In this document: piece by piece, positions 15,626 through 24,525 of the stretch
Position numbering within the stretch: the stretch's first letter is position 1
Layout: each line of letters opens with the position of its first letter
Source: Verrucomicrobiota bacterium
GTDB taxonomy: Bacteria > Verrucomicrobiota > Verrucomicrobiia > Limisphaerales > CANJXF01
NCBI GenBank assembly: GCA_038214755.1
Contig: JBBQRQ010000066.1
Span: forward strand, 1-28,240
Direction of reading: 5' to 3'
DNA: 28,240 nt
Notes under the pieces: generated by a model
The model's database searches: none
Seen by the model: only the letters and a program-made list of their open reading frames with translations
What the model was told of the DNA's origin: nothing
Position numbers and translations under genes: made by a program

Positions 15626-16915
15626 TTATGGACTTAATTCTGAGGAAGCCATCCAACGCTTCAACTTGTCTTCAATGATAGTTCTCTTCATTGCAAATCG
15701 CTGACGCGATCTTGCGATGAGCTTCTCTTTCCGGCCAACACGATTTTCCAAAGGCGGCAACATTTTTGCCCGGAATGGCTCCTTGTTGGTTCCGTCCTCT
15801 AGTAATTTTACCACTGCCTCGTAGCGGCCAAGATCAGCAAGCGCAATGGCCGGAACTGCTTTTCCAAATTCCTTCTCCATTATTTCCGCATCAGAATATC
15901 CCAGGCGAAACGATATGAGCGTTCCCACATTTCCGAACACTGCCTGTCGGATCGGAAGCGGCAATTGGTCAATATATTGATGGGAGAGGATGAGACATGA
16001 ACGGTATTTCCGAGCCTCAGCAAGAATGGAGGCAAATGCATCGGTTGAAAAGTTTTGGAATTCATCAATGAAGAGATAGAAGTCACGGCGCTCTTCTTCG
16101 GGTCGGTTTGACCGAGCCATTGCTGCCAATTGAAATTGAGTGGTAAGGAGCGAACCAAGCAGGTTTGCTTTTTCATGTCCAAGACTTCCCTTGGATAAGT
16201 TCGCAATAAAGAGGCGCCCATGGTCCATGATGAAGGGAATGCTTACCCTTGTTTTGACCTGTCCTAAAATATTTCGAACCACTGGGTTCAATAGAAACTG
16301 TCCAATCTTGTTCTGAATCGGAGCAATGGCCTCGCGCCGAAAGCGCTCGTCGTAGTTCTCATACTCTTCCGCCCAAAACGCTCGAATGAAAGGATCCTTG
16401 ATTTGACGAATGACTCTGGCTCGAAATCTATCATCAGTAAGCATTCGATTGACGCCGAGCAAGGTTGCATTTCTACAATTCAGAAGCGCCGCTACCGCGT
16501 TGTAGAGAATGTATTCCAGTCGGGGTCCCCAGGAGTCGCGCCAAATACCTTTGAATGCACTCACAACGCCAGATGCAACAAGATGACGGTTATCTGGTGC
16601 AACATTGGAAAGAACGTTAAGTCCAATTGGATATTCCAGATCACCAGGATTGAAGTAACATAAGTGGTCCGTTCGTTTAGGTGGAATGTGGTTCAACAAT
16701 TCTTCAGCCAAATCACCGTGCGGGTCGATTACGCCGACTCCGTGCCCTAAAGCAATGTGCTGAATGATCAAGTTCCGTAAAAGGGTAGTCTTACCTGAAC
16801 CCGTCTTTCCGATGACGTAGATATGTTGCCTCTGGTCCACCTTCGATATGCCAAAACGCTGAGGACTGCCCCAGCCTTCGCGCTCTCCGATGATGATGGT
16901 TGGTTCTTCATTCAT
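15626..16915 (-). CDS. Second VirD4/TraD-like coupling ATPase
   Basis: HIYVIGKTGSGKT Walker A, DPHGDL, LFIDEFQNF Walker B, EARKY...HQ; start ATG 16915. Confidence 0.88.
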   Translation of the reverse strand: MNEEPTIIIGEREGWGSPQRFGISKVDQRQHIYVIGKTGSGKTTLLRNLIIQHIALGHGVGVIDPHGDLAEELLNHIPPKRTDHLCYFNPGDLEYPIGLNVLSNVAPDNRHLVASGVVSAFKGIWRDSWGPRLEYILYNAVAALLNCRNATLLGVNRMLTDDRFRARVIRQIKDPFIRAFWAEEYENYDERFRREAIAPIQNKIGQFLLNPVVRNILGQVKTRVSIPFIMDHGRLFIANLSKGSLGHEKANLLGSLLTTQFQLAAMARSNRPEEERRDFYLFIDEFQNFSTDAFASILAEARKYRSCLILSHQYIDQLPLPIRQAVFGNVGTLISFRLGYSDAEIMEKEFGKAVPAIALADLGRYEAVVKLLEDGTNKEPFRAKMLPPLENRVGRKEKLIARSRQRFAMKRTIIEDKLKRWMASSELSP

Positions 16916-17145
16916 GGTTCCAAAACCAATCGCCACTCCTTTCCACAGAAAGTTTCTCCTTCAGCAAACTCTCGGATAAGTGGAATCGACCTTTGCGTCG
17001 GCAGAGTGTTTTGGGACACGCCGACGAGGTAATAGCGACTGGTGTTGAAATCCGAATAGCAGGTGAGACTCACAGAATACTCGTCATTCGTATTCAGATG
17101 TAGACGCCACAACTTGCCAAGTTGGGCGAAAAATGGACGCGCCAA
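16912..17145 (-). CDS. Hypothetical protein, translationally coupled to the ATPase; start uncertain
   Basis: Stop overlaps the ATPase ATG (ATGA); frame stays open upstream to 17226 without an ATG. Confidence 0.4.
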   Translation of the reverse strand: MARPFFAQLGKLWRLHLNTNDEYSVSLTCYSDFNTSRYYLVGVSQNTLPTQRSIPLIREFAEGETFCGKEWRLVLEP

Positions 17146-17316
17146 AGGGCGCGGCTCTCTGTATGCCGCATTCGCGGCTGCGCTTTTTCCAACCCAGTCG
17201 AACCGGTCGTAATAAAAATCGTTAAGTTAGTGAACTGGTCGTCCACTCCGCACTTCGGTGCGAACCGGTCGCGTGAGCGGACTCGTCGTCGGTGCGATAG
17301 CGCCTCCTCCTAAACC

Positions 17317-17473
17317 AGTCCCCCAACGTGTCGGCGGATAGGGCGCTAGCCCGTTCCGGCCGACTTAATCGATTTTTGATAAAGGACATTCCGAATCGGA
17401 TGTCCTTTAGCCGGCTAGCCCTTGTGGAAAAAGCGATTAAGTCGGGCGGTAGCCGACGACACGTTGGGGGACT
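17317..17473. repeat. Nested inverted repeats (cruciform), candidate oriT/single-strand origin
   Basis: Perfect 17-bp outer IR (17317-17333/17457-17473), perfect 12-bp IR (17360-17371/17434-17445), 10-bp inner IR (17380-17389/17400-17409). Confidence 0.8.
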
Positions 17474-17523
17474 AGTGGTGCGGCGGTTAAGCCGTGGAAG
17501 TAATAAAGTGACGGGCGTCAGCC

Positions 17524-17544
17524 CCTACATACAATGTATGTAGG
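17524..17544. promoter_or_regulatory. Perfect dyad, probable protein-binding site
   Basis: CCTACATACA-A-TGTATGTAGG between the divergent mobilisation and cas operons. Confidence 0.5.
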
Positions 17545-17729
17545 CCGTGCATCTCCGAAGTTTATAAATCGGGATTTTGCTTCTGGCTGTCTGGCAATTA
17601 AATTTTGTTGAGAATTATATTTGCTTGGACAGCCTTTGTCCCACGGCACGAAGTAGAGTCCGCGCGGAAACAAAGCCTTGCTGGAATAATTTCGACGCCA
17701 TAGCGTCGGGGGCCTTTCCCAACAACAAC

Positions 17730-17936
17730 ATGGAATATTACGGGCATACGGCGGACGATCCGGACGGGCAACGATTGCCCGTCGCGCGATGGCAATTGCT
17801 GCGAGAACATCTGCGTAACGTTGCCACTCTCGCTAAACGATTTGGCGAATTATTGGGGATTGCTCCCGAAGCTGAACGTAGGGGTTTATTGGAGAATTTG
17901 ATATTCTGGATTCGCTCTCAAATGGCAAAACTATGA
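17730..17936 (+). pseudogene. Truncated Cas3 HD-domain N-terminal fragment (68 aa)
   Basis: MEYYGHT...WQLLREHLRNVATLAKRFG...AERRGLL parallels the Cas3 start YLAH...LPKHLIDVAEKAARFA...ARLAGLLHD but lacks the HD; stop overlaps the cas3 ATG. Confidence 0.7.
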
Positions 17937-20332
17937 TTAAATATCTCGCTCATCCAAATCATCCCCTGCCAAAGCATCTCATCGACGTTGCAGAGAAGGC
18001 GGCACGATTTGCTCGTTGCTTTGGTGGAGATAGACACGCCCGGCTCGCTGGCTTGCTCCATGATTTGGGTAAAGCAGAGCCGGAATTTTTGAAACGAATT
18101 TGCTCGAATGACAAAGACGGGAAGAAAGAACCTCATGCTCTCCACGGCGCAGCTCTTGTCTTGGGCAATGGCTCCGGGCGAGAACCGGTTTGGCCCGTTG
18201 CGCTGGCAATCAACGGGCATCACGCCGGATTACATAATCGCGGTAATGTTGAAAAAAAACGCAGGGAATACTTCCCGAAAGCAATGGCGGCCATGGATCG
18301 TCTGAAAGGTGATGAAACATGGAAGGGCCAGACATGGCCACTCATAGATTCAGATTTCGGTTCGAATTTGCCCGATTGGTTGGCAAAACTCTCGTTCGAT
18401 GCTCGAATGACCAGTGAAGGTTGGTTAGCGGTAGAGCTTTACACTCGTTTCTTGTTTAGCGCACTGATTGACGCGGATCGCTTGGATACGGAAGAAAACG
18501 ACCCGGAAGTTCAAAAGCACAATTCTCCTGAAAAACGCCGCGATTGGAACGCCTTCAATGCTGATACGCTCCTGGCCAAATTGAATATCCATATTCAGGA
18601 GCTTGCGGCAACTGCTGCGAAGAAAGCCTCGGCATCGGTGCTCGCGGTTCGGAACGAAGTTGTTAATGAATGTCGAAACAGTGCATCGAAAGATCGAGGT
18701 GTTTTCACTCTCACTGTTCCGACTGGCGGCGGGAAGACTCTCGCCTCAATGGTTTTTGCCTTGGATCATGCCAAGGCGCATCCGCAAATCCGGCGCGTCA
18801 TTGTGGTAATTCCTTACCTCAGCATTATTCAACAAACGGCCAAAATCCTGGCCGACGTATTCGGCGAAAAATACGTGTTGGAACACCATTCTCAAGCCGC
18901 TGATCCACCTATCGACAAGAAAATCCAATCCGATGACACCGACGGTTACGATCAGAAAAGAACTCGCCGCCAATTGGCTGCCGAAAATTGGGACGCCCCC
19001 CTCATTGTCACCACCAGTGTTCAGTTCTTTGATTCACTGTTCTCCCGTCGTCCCGCCGACGCCCGCAAGCTCCACAACATCGCTCAGTCGGTGATTATTT
19101 TTGATGAGGTTCAGACACTTCCTCCTATTCTTCTTCGCCCAATTCTGGACGTGCTCGGTGAACTGGCTAATCCGGAGCGCCCATACGGATGTTCCATTGT
19201 CTTATGCACTGCCACGCAGCCAGCGTTGACGCGCCATGAAGATGATTTTCCATGCGGCTTGCGCAATCCCCGCCCCATCATTTCCGACGGGCGAGATGGC
19301 TCACCCAATCTTGTTGAAAAGCATTTTGAAATTCTCCGGCGCACGACCTATCCCGAATTGGAAAGCAAAGAGGCCGTTCCAACTCTGACTTGGGAACAGA
19401 TTGCCGAACGGCTACTTGCCTCATCGCAAAAACAAGGTCTGGTCGTCGTGAACACCCGCCGACACGCCCGCGACTTATTCCAGAAGGTCGTCAGTTTGAG
19501 TGTGAAAAATGGGAATTCCACCCCGGCAAACGCCATTTTCCATCTCTCCACCTGGATGACGCCCGCCCATCGCTTGGAAGTGCTCGAAACTGTGCGCCAG
19601 CGATTGGATGCCGGGCAACCATGTTTTCTTATCAGCACCCAGTGCATTGAAGCGGGCGTCGATGTTGACTTTCCCGTCGTCTGGCGGGCGTTCGCGCCTT
19701 ATGACTCAATCGTGCAAGCCGGTGGCCGCTGCAACCGCAATGGCAACCTGCCAGCGGAAGAGGCCCAAGTTCACATTTTTAAACCGAAGGATGGAAAGAT
19801 TCCGCCGGGTCTTTACGAAACCGCCACCAATCAAACTGAGTTGTTGCGCAAGCTCGACCGCGCCAAGCCGCACGATCACACTTCATTCGGTGATTACTTT
19901 CGGCTGCTCTACCAACTCAGTGTGCCGGACGAATGCGAAATCCAAACACAGCGCGGCCAACTTCATTTTGAAGAAGTCAACGACCTGTTTCACTTTATCG
20001 AGGACAACAGCTTTCCCGTGCTCGTGCGGCAGTTCATCGAAGAAACGAATGGCGCAAAAGTTCAGCACGACACTAAATCCGCAAAAGTTTACGCTGATGC
20101 TGAAAGGCGTAGCTTCTTCCTTCGTGAAGATTGGCGCACGTTTCAACGGGACATCATCAACCTGCCTGTTTACAACCAGAATGAACTCATCAGCCAACAC
20201 ATCATCACTCCAGCGTTCCAAGGCAGGGACGAAAGTCTCTACGTTTTAACTGGTGACGCTTACTACGAAGGCGGTTTGCACGGCTTTGGTTTCTACTCTG
20301 GGGCAAACTATTCCGAAAGGACTGTTTTGTGA
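17933..20332 (+). CDS. cas3: CRISPR-associated helicase/nuclease Cas3
   Basis: GLLHDLGK, GHHAGL, LIDAD (HD domain); VPTGGGKT, IIFDEVQ, TATQP, EAGVDVDF, QAGGRCNR (SF2 helicase). Confidence 0.97.
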   Translation: MIKYLAHPNHPLPKHLIDVAEKAARFARCFGGDRHARLAGLLHDLGKAEPEFLKRICSNDKDGKKEPHALHGAALVLGNGSGREPVWPVALAINGHHAGLHNRGNVEKKRREYFPKAMAAMDRLKGDETWKGQTWPLIDSDFGSNLPDWLAKLSFDARMTSEGWLAVELYTRFLFSALIDADRLDTEENDPEVQKHNSPEKRRDWNAFNADTLLAKLNIHIQELAATAAKKASASVLAVRNEVVNECRNSASKDRGVFTLTVPTGGGKTLASMVFALDHAKAHPQIRRVIVVIPYLSIIQQTAKILADVFGEKYVLEHHSQAADPPIDKKIQSDDTDGYDQKRTRRQLAAENWDAPLIVTTSVQFFDSLFSRRPADARKLHNIAQSVIIFDEVQTLPPILLRPILDVLGELANPERPYGCSIVLCTATQPALTRHEDDFPCGLRNPRPIISDGRDGSPNLVEKHFEILRRTTYPELESKEAVPTLTWEQIAERLLASSQKQGLVVVNTRRHARDLFQKVVSLSVKNGNSTPANAIFHLSTWMTPAHRLEVLETVRQRLDAGQPCFLISTQCIEAGVDVDFPVVWRAFAPYDSIVQAGGRCNRNGNLPAEEAQVHIFKPKDGKIPPGLYETATNQTELLRKLDRAKPHDHTSFGDYFRLLYQLSVPDECEIQTQRGQLHFEEVNDLFHFIEDNSFPVLVRQFIEETNGAKVQHDTKSAKVYADAERRSFFLREDWRTFQRDIINLPVYNQNELISQHIITPAFQGRDESLYVLTGDAYYEGGLHGFGFYSGANYSERTVL

Positions 20333-21126
20333 TTTCCACTCCTATTTATCTTCGCGTCAAAGGCCCATTTGCCTGCTTCACCCGTCCAGAATTCCACGTT
20401 GAGCGCGTCAGTTACCCTGTCATCACGCCGAGCGCCGCGCGCGGCGTGCTGGAAGCCATTTTGATGAAGCCGATTGAGAAACCGGAATCTGCCAAACGAC
20501 ATAACAAAGTGGGCTTCGCTTGGCACATTCTGCGGTTGGGCATTCTCACGAAAGGAACCCTCATGCCCATTCTCCGTAATGAACTGGGTTACGAAAGCCA
20601 TCCTTCCTACGGAAATACCAAAGGCTTCGACATCATGGAAAAGCGCACTCAAAGGCACAGTCTCATTCTCAAAGATGTCGAATACCTGATCGAAGCAGTG
20701 ATTGACGTGCCCGAAGGCAAGACTCGATGCAACGTCCCCAATGTTCTCGCCAAATACCACCAAATGTTTCTCCGTCGGGCGGAAGCTGGCCAATGCTTTT
20801 ACCAGCCATTCCTCGGCTGTCGTGAATTCTCCGTCTCCGAATGGGAATTGGTGAAAGAACCAGCCAAAGCCGTTCCCGACGTGACGATCAACGATGACTT
20901 CGGCTTTATCTTTCGTGACTTCGATTTCGCACCGGTCTGGCAGCATTGGGGTGACGGGAAGAATCAACCAAGGCCAAACGATTGGAGCGATCCACGCGAC
21001 CAACGAAAGGTGCCGGCTGCCGAAAAATATCAAGTTCATCCTGTCGCTCAACGTTCACTCCATGCCAAAGCGGTCAATGGCTGGATAACAGTCCACTCAC
21101 GCGAGGACGGAAGGAGGGCGGCATGA
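20329..21126 (+). CDS. cas5: Type I-C Cas5 (Cas5d)
   Basis: GPFACFTRPEFHVERVSYPVITPSAARGVLEAI and QPFLGCREF. Confidence 0.95.
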   Translation: MISTPIYLRVKGPFACFTRPEFHVERVSYPVITPSAARGVLEAILMKPIEKPESAKRHNKVGFAWHILRLGILTKGTLMPILRNELGYESHPSYGNTKGFDIMEKRTQRHSLILKDVEYLIEAVIDVPEGKTRCNVPNVLAKYHQMFLRRAEAGQCFYQPFLGCREFSVSEWELVKEPAKAVPDVTINDDFGFIFRDFDFAPVWQHWGDGKNQPRPNDWSDPRDQRKVPAAEKYQVHPVAQRSLHAKAVNGWITVHSREDGRRAA

Positions 21127-23252
21127 TTTCCGAACTTCTGAATTTGGCGGACCATCTTGAATTGGAAACACCCATGCCGTTTGAACGGCGGCTGGTTCAC
21201 TTCTTTATCGACTTGGATTTGAAAGGGAACGTGGTCGGCATCTCCCCCGCTTGTGGCAAGAGTCAGAAAGGCAAGGAACGATTGGGTAAGGAATTTGATT
21301 GCCCAGTTTTCTTCCCATTGATTTTGGATGCAAAAACAGGCGAAAACGTCCAAGCAACTGCTGGCGGAGGAAAGTCGGTTGCTGAACTGGCAAGCGGCGA
21401 CATCATGGAAATCTTTCGTTCAAAAATCACCGTTCCCAAAGGCAAGCCGCCAAGAATTGAAGAAATTAAACCCTCGGTGGATGGTGAAGAAGAAGAGAGC
21501 ACGGAAGATCAAGCCAATGATGATGACAGTCCAGATGAAGACGCGGACGAGGATTCTGAAGATGCCGCTGACCAAACCAACGAAAATAAGAAGGATCAGT
21601 TTGTTCGGCGCTCAAATTGGGTTCAGTTGCATAAGCAACTTTTTACCCACTTGACTGCCCAGCAAAAGCTGACTGTCGAACATCGCGCATTGGAATTGTT
21701 CGTCGAGACAGGCGGTCTCTTGGAACCTTATTTACAGTATTTCCGTCTCCCCAACCCGGAAAAGGACACGGAGGCGATTGTGGATCCGTCCGAGCGGCGC
21801 AAACGACAGAAGGAGATCACTCAAGCAGCGGCGAAATCTCTAAAGCAGATCGCCAGCGCCAAGTATGCCTTTCGCGTCAACGGGAAGCTCATGCTTAAAG
21901 ACCCAGCCGTTCGCGAATGGTGGGGAAATGAATATCGAGCGAAGCGTCTGTTGGTCATTGCTAAACTTCCTTTTGGTGATGACATGTTCACCGATTCGCA
22001 AAGCGATAGAGGAGAGAATGCAGGAAAACTAACCACCGTATTTCCACACATTTCAGGCGTTCCCAATGGCGGGCCATGGTGTCCGTTAGCGTCGTTCGAT
22101 AAAGCAACAAGCCAATCCTACGGCTTGGGAAAAGTAACTGCCCAAATGACCTTGGGAACAGCCGAGCGAGTCGCTGCCGCCTTAAACCATTTGCTGCGTA
22201 ACGAAACAACTTCTTATTCCCTGTCGAAATCAGTGAAGGCCGTCTTTTGGGCTTTGGATACGAAGAAGGAGAAAGGAGTTGAGGACGTTGGCTTCACCGC
22301 TTTGATGAGCCGTCCCGATCCTCTCCAGGTTCTCGATTTCTTACGAAACATTCGCGGGCGGGCCGCGACGCCGCCAGATAGCGCGCAATTCTATTGCGCA
22401 TTGCTTTCTTCGCCCAAGGCTCGCATTACCATTCGCTCCTGGCACACCGAAACGCTTGGCAAAGTGACCGAGAAAACACGCGCTTACTTTGAATCAGTGT
22501 CTCTTCCAGACTCTAAATCCGGTGACTTATTAACCAGCAAACTCGACGAATTGGCAAAGGCTACCGTGCGCGATTCAAAAAAGACACCGCCTCAACCATC
22601 CACGTTTACAGCATTACTCAATACCGCTCTATTCGGTTCGCTTTTGCCGGATCGCTTGCTGCCACAAGTAATCCGTCGGCAATGCCTGGAACTTGCCCAA
22701 GGGAAAACCGAGAAAAACAAAAAGAGCTATGAACCACGACTTCGCAGCCGCACCGCTCTCATAAAACTCTACTTCGCTATTAACCGGAAAATTATTATGA
22801 ACGAAACCACAACAAACAGTGACAGCCGTCCCGCGATTCTTTGCGGACGATTACTCGCCATCCTAGATAAAATCCACAACGAGGCGCATGACAATAAATC
22901 CGCCTCCTCACCGGCTAACCGTCTTTACGGAGCGGCGTCGGCTACCCCCGCGTTGATTTTTCCGCAACTCCAAAAACTCGCCCGTCATCATCTGAATAAG
23001 ATCGGAGGCGGCTGGGCACGTCGGCTGGAGTTCGGATACAACGCCGAAGATAGCGATAAGCTCGTGGAACCTTTAGAGAAAGACTTTGAGTCATTGGCCC
23101 AAATCACTGCCCGGCTCATAGAAGTTGCCGATAATAACTATCCCCGAATTCTCTCGCTCGAAGACCAGGGCCGATTTTCCATCGGATTTTACTACGAACG
23201 CTGTCGGAAATGGCCGAAAACCAAAGACAGCGCAGAGAAGAACAAACAATAA
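21123..23252 (+). CDS. cas8c: Type I-C large subunit Cas8c (Csd1)
   Basis: Start ATG 21123 overlapping the cas5 stop; LASFDKATSQSYG, CGRLLAILDKIH, YGAASATPALIFPQL, LSLEDQGRFSIGFY; lies between cas5 and cas7. Confidence 0.9.
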   Translation: MISELLNLADHLELETPMPFERRLVHFFIDLDLKGNVVGISPACGKSQKGKERLGKEFDCPVFFPLILDAKTGENVQATAGGGKSVAELASGDIMEIFRSKITVPKGKPPRIEEIKPSVDGEEEESTEDQANDDDSPDEDADEDSEDAADQTNENKKDQFVRRSNWVQLHKQLFTHLTAQQKLTVEHRALELFVETGGLLEPYLQYFRLPNPEKDTEAIVDPSERRKRQKEITQAAAKSLKQIASAKYAFRVNGKLMLKDPAVREWWGNEYRAKRLLVIAKLPFGDDMFTDSQSDRGENAGKLTTVFPHISGVPNGGPWCPLASFDKATSQSYGLGKVTAQMTLGTAERVAAALNHLLRNETTSYSLSKSVKAVFWALDTKKEKGVEDVGFTALMSRPDPLQVLDFLRNIRGRAATPPDSAQFYCALLSSPKARITIRSWHTETLGKVTEKTRAYFESVSLPDSKSGDLLTSKLDELAKATVRDSKKTPPQPSTFTALLNTALFGSLLPDRLLPQVIRRQCLELAQGKTEKNKKSYEPRLRSRTALIKLYFAINRKIIMNETTTNSDSRPAILCGRLLAILDKIHNEAHDNKSASSPANRLYGAASATPALIFPQLQKLARHHLNKIGGGWARRLEFGYNAEDSDKLVEPLEKDFESLAQITARLIEVADNNYPRILSLEDQGRFSIGFYYERCRKWPKTKDSAEKNKQ
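22797..23252 (+). CDS. cas11: Predicted internally translated small subunit Cas11c (151 aa)
   Basis: In-frame ATG (MNETTTNSDSRPAILCGRLLA) just before the C-terminal helical domain; context AAAATTATTATG resembles the cas7 start AAAATATTATG. Internal Cas11 translation is established for type I-C. Confidence 0.65.
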   Translation: MNETTTNSDSRPAILCGRLLAILDKIHNEAHDNKSASSPANRLYGAASATPALIFPQLQKLARHHLNKIGGGWARRLEFGYNAEDSDKLVEPLEKDFESLAQITARLIEVADNNYPRILSLEDQGRFSIGFYYERCRKWPKTKDSAEKNKQ

Positions 23253-23276
23253 CCTTTAACCACATTTGAAAATATT

Positions 23277-24428
23277 ATGAGCACTGAACTTACACTCCGC
23301 CACAATCTGATCGGTTTGCCATCAGACAAGCTGCCTTCCGACACAGTCACGGAACGGCACGAACTAGAACTCTTGTTCGATTGCGAGAAATCCAATCCCA
23401 ACGGCGATCCTGACACCGGCAACATGCCACGACTTCAGCCCGATTCCCTCAAAGGACTCGTTACAGATGTCTGCCTCAAGCGAAAACTCAGAAACTTTTT
23501 CAGCCTCTACACGCCGCATGAAGCCGTCGCGCGTCCGTGGCAAGATGGCGAAGCAAACCCGGAACCAAGAAACGGCTACGAAGTATTTATCCGGGAAAGT
23601 GCAATCCTCCAAAAGACGATGGAGCGAGATGACATCGAGAAACTCGCCCAAGAAATCTTTGACGGTTACAAAGACAAGGATAAAGGCAAATGGAAGCGAC
23701 CGCCGAAGGACAAGGAAGGCAAGGAAAGCAGGGGCGAAACCGAATTTATCCAGCGCGCATACCGAGATGTTTTGTGTAAGGCCTTCGTGGACATCCGCGC
23801 TTTTGGTGGGGTTGTTTCCACAAGCGGGCCTTTGCACGGCACTTTCTACGGTCAGATACGCGGTCCATTCCAAGTAACGTTTGCTCAAAGCCTGGACAAG
23901 GTTCTCCAGCTTGATTCCACGATCACACGTTGCGCGGTCGCTAACGACAAGGAGCGCAAGCAGGTTGAATCCGAAAGCGGCGACAACCGCACTATGGGCC
24001 GCAAACATGGTATCGACTACGGCCTTTACCGCTGTCATATCCACTTTTCCCCCGCCTTCGCCGCCAAGACTGGATTCACCTACTACGACTTGGACAACTT
24101 CCTTTTTGCCCTCAAACACATGTTTGTGGACGACCACGCCGCTGGACGACACCTGCGCTTGGTTGGCTTGGTAGATTTTCAACACCAGTCCTCCCTCGGT
24201 AACGCCCTGGCACATAAACTTTTCGAGCTGGTTAAAGTGGAGGGCATCAAGGAGCGGAAGAACGACAAAGAGGTTTTTAAATCATCCGGCAGCGAATTTC
24301 CCCAAGGACTATTCGATTACAGCGGCCAAGCTCCAGGCAGCTTGGAAAAACACGAGCCGGTTCCCGGTTACGAAGGCAAAGGCATCGTCGCGAGACAAAT
24401 CGTTTGGGAAATTCCAGCGGCGAAGTGA
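23277..24428 (+). CDS. cas7: Type I-C Cas7 (Csd2)
   Basis: NPNGDPDTGNMPR, GLVTDVCLKRKLRN, DIRAFG, RGPFQ, RTMGRKH, YGLY. Confidence 0.95.
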   Translation: MSTELTLRHNLIGLPSDKLPSDTVTERHELELLFDCEKSNPNGDPDTGNMPRLQPDSLKGLVTDVCLKRKLRNFFSLYTPHEAVARPWQDGEANPEPRNGYEVFIRESAILQKTMERDDIEKLAQEIFDGYKDKDKGKWKRPPKDKEGKESRGETEFIQRAYRDVLCKAFVDIRAFGGVVSTSGPLHGTFYGQIRGPFQVTFAQSLDKVLQLDSTITRCAVANDKERKQVESESGDNRTMGRKHGIDYGLYRCHIHFSPAFAAKTGFTYYDLDNFLFALKHMFVDDHAAGRHLRLVGLVDFQHQSSLGNALAHKLFELVKVEGIKERKNDKEVFKSSGSEFPQGLFDYSGQAPGSLEKHEPVPGYEGKGIVARQIVWEIPAAK

Positions 24429-24492
24429 GCCACTTTAATCCGGCGAAGTTCCCGCGTCAGCCGCTTTTGCATCGGAGATGTGAGATCGCAGA

Positions 24493-24521
24493 TTGCAGAA
24501 GGGAAAGTCCTGCGGTATAGT
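24493..24521 (+). promoter_or_regulatory. Internal sigma70 promoter for the Fic module and cas4-cas1-cas2
   Basis: TTGCAG-N17-TATAGT; predicted +1 falls near the tandem ATGs at 24526/24530 (leaderless). Confidence 0.55.
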
Positions 24522-24525
24522 CGGC

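Larger units (their letters stand above)
1..17544. mobile_element. Segment of a putative integrative/mobilisable element (ICE/IME-like); ends not visible
   Basis: Co-oriented VirD4/TraD-like ATPases (x2), Replic_Relax relaxase, ArdC, primase, DNA ligase and plasmid-type hypotheticals. No integrase or att site recognised, so the boundaries are approximate. Confidence 0.7.

Noticed and set aside
17678..17706. Possible cas promoter TTGCTG-N17-TAGCGT
   Set aside because: Position is plausible but the match is too weak to call without TSS data.
20308..21051. 247-aa antisense ORF
   Set aside because: Lies opposite cas5; no motifs; codon-mirror shadow.
20982..21122. N-terminal extension of Cas8c in the track
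   Set aside because: Overlaps cas5; ATG 21123 with GGAGG SD and ATGA coupling is the likely start.
23364..24215. 283-aa antisense ORF
   Set aside because: Entirely opposite cas7; no recognisable domain.
24418..24449. 9-bp direct repeat CGGCGAAGT at the cas7 end; considered a target-site duplication or CreTA-like mini-array
   Set aside because: Copies are only 23 bp apart, do not flank the Fic module and do not resemble the CRISPR repeat.
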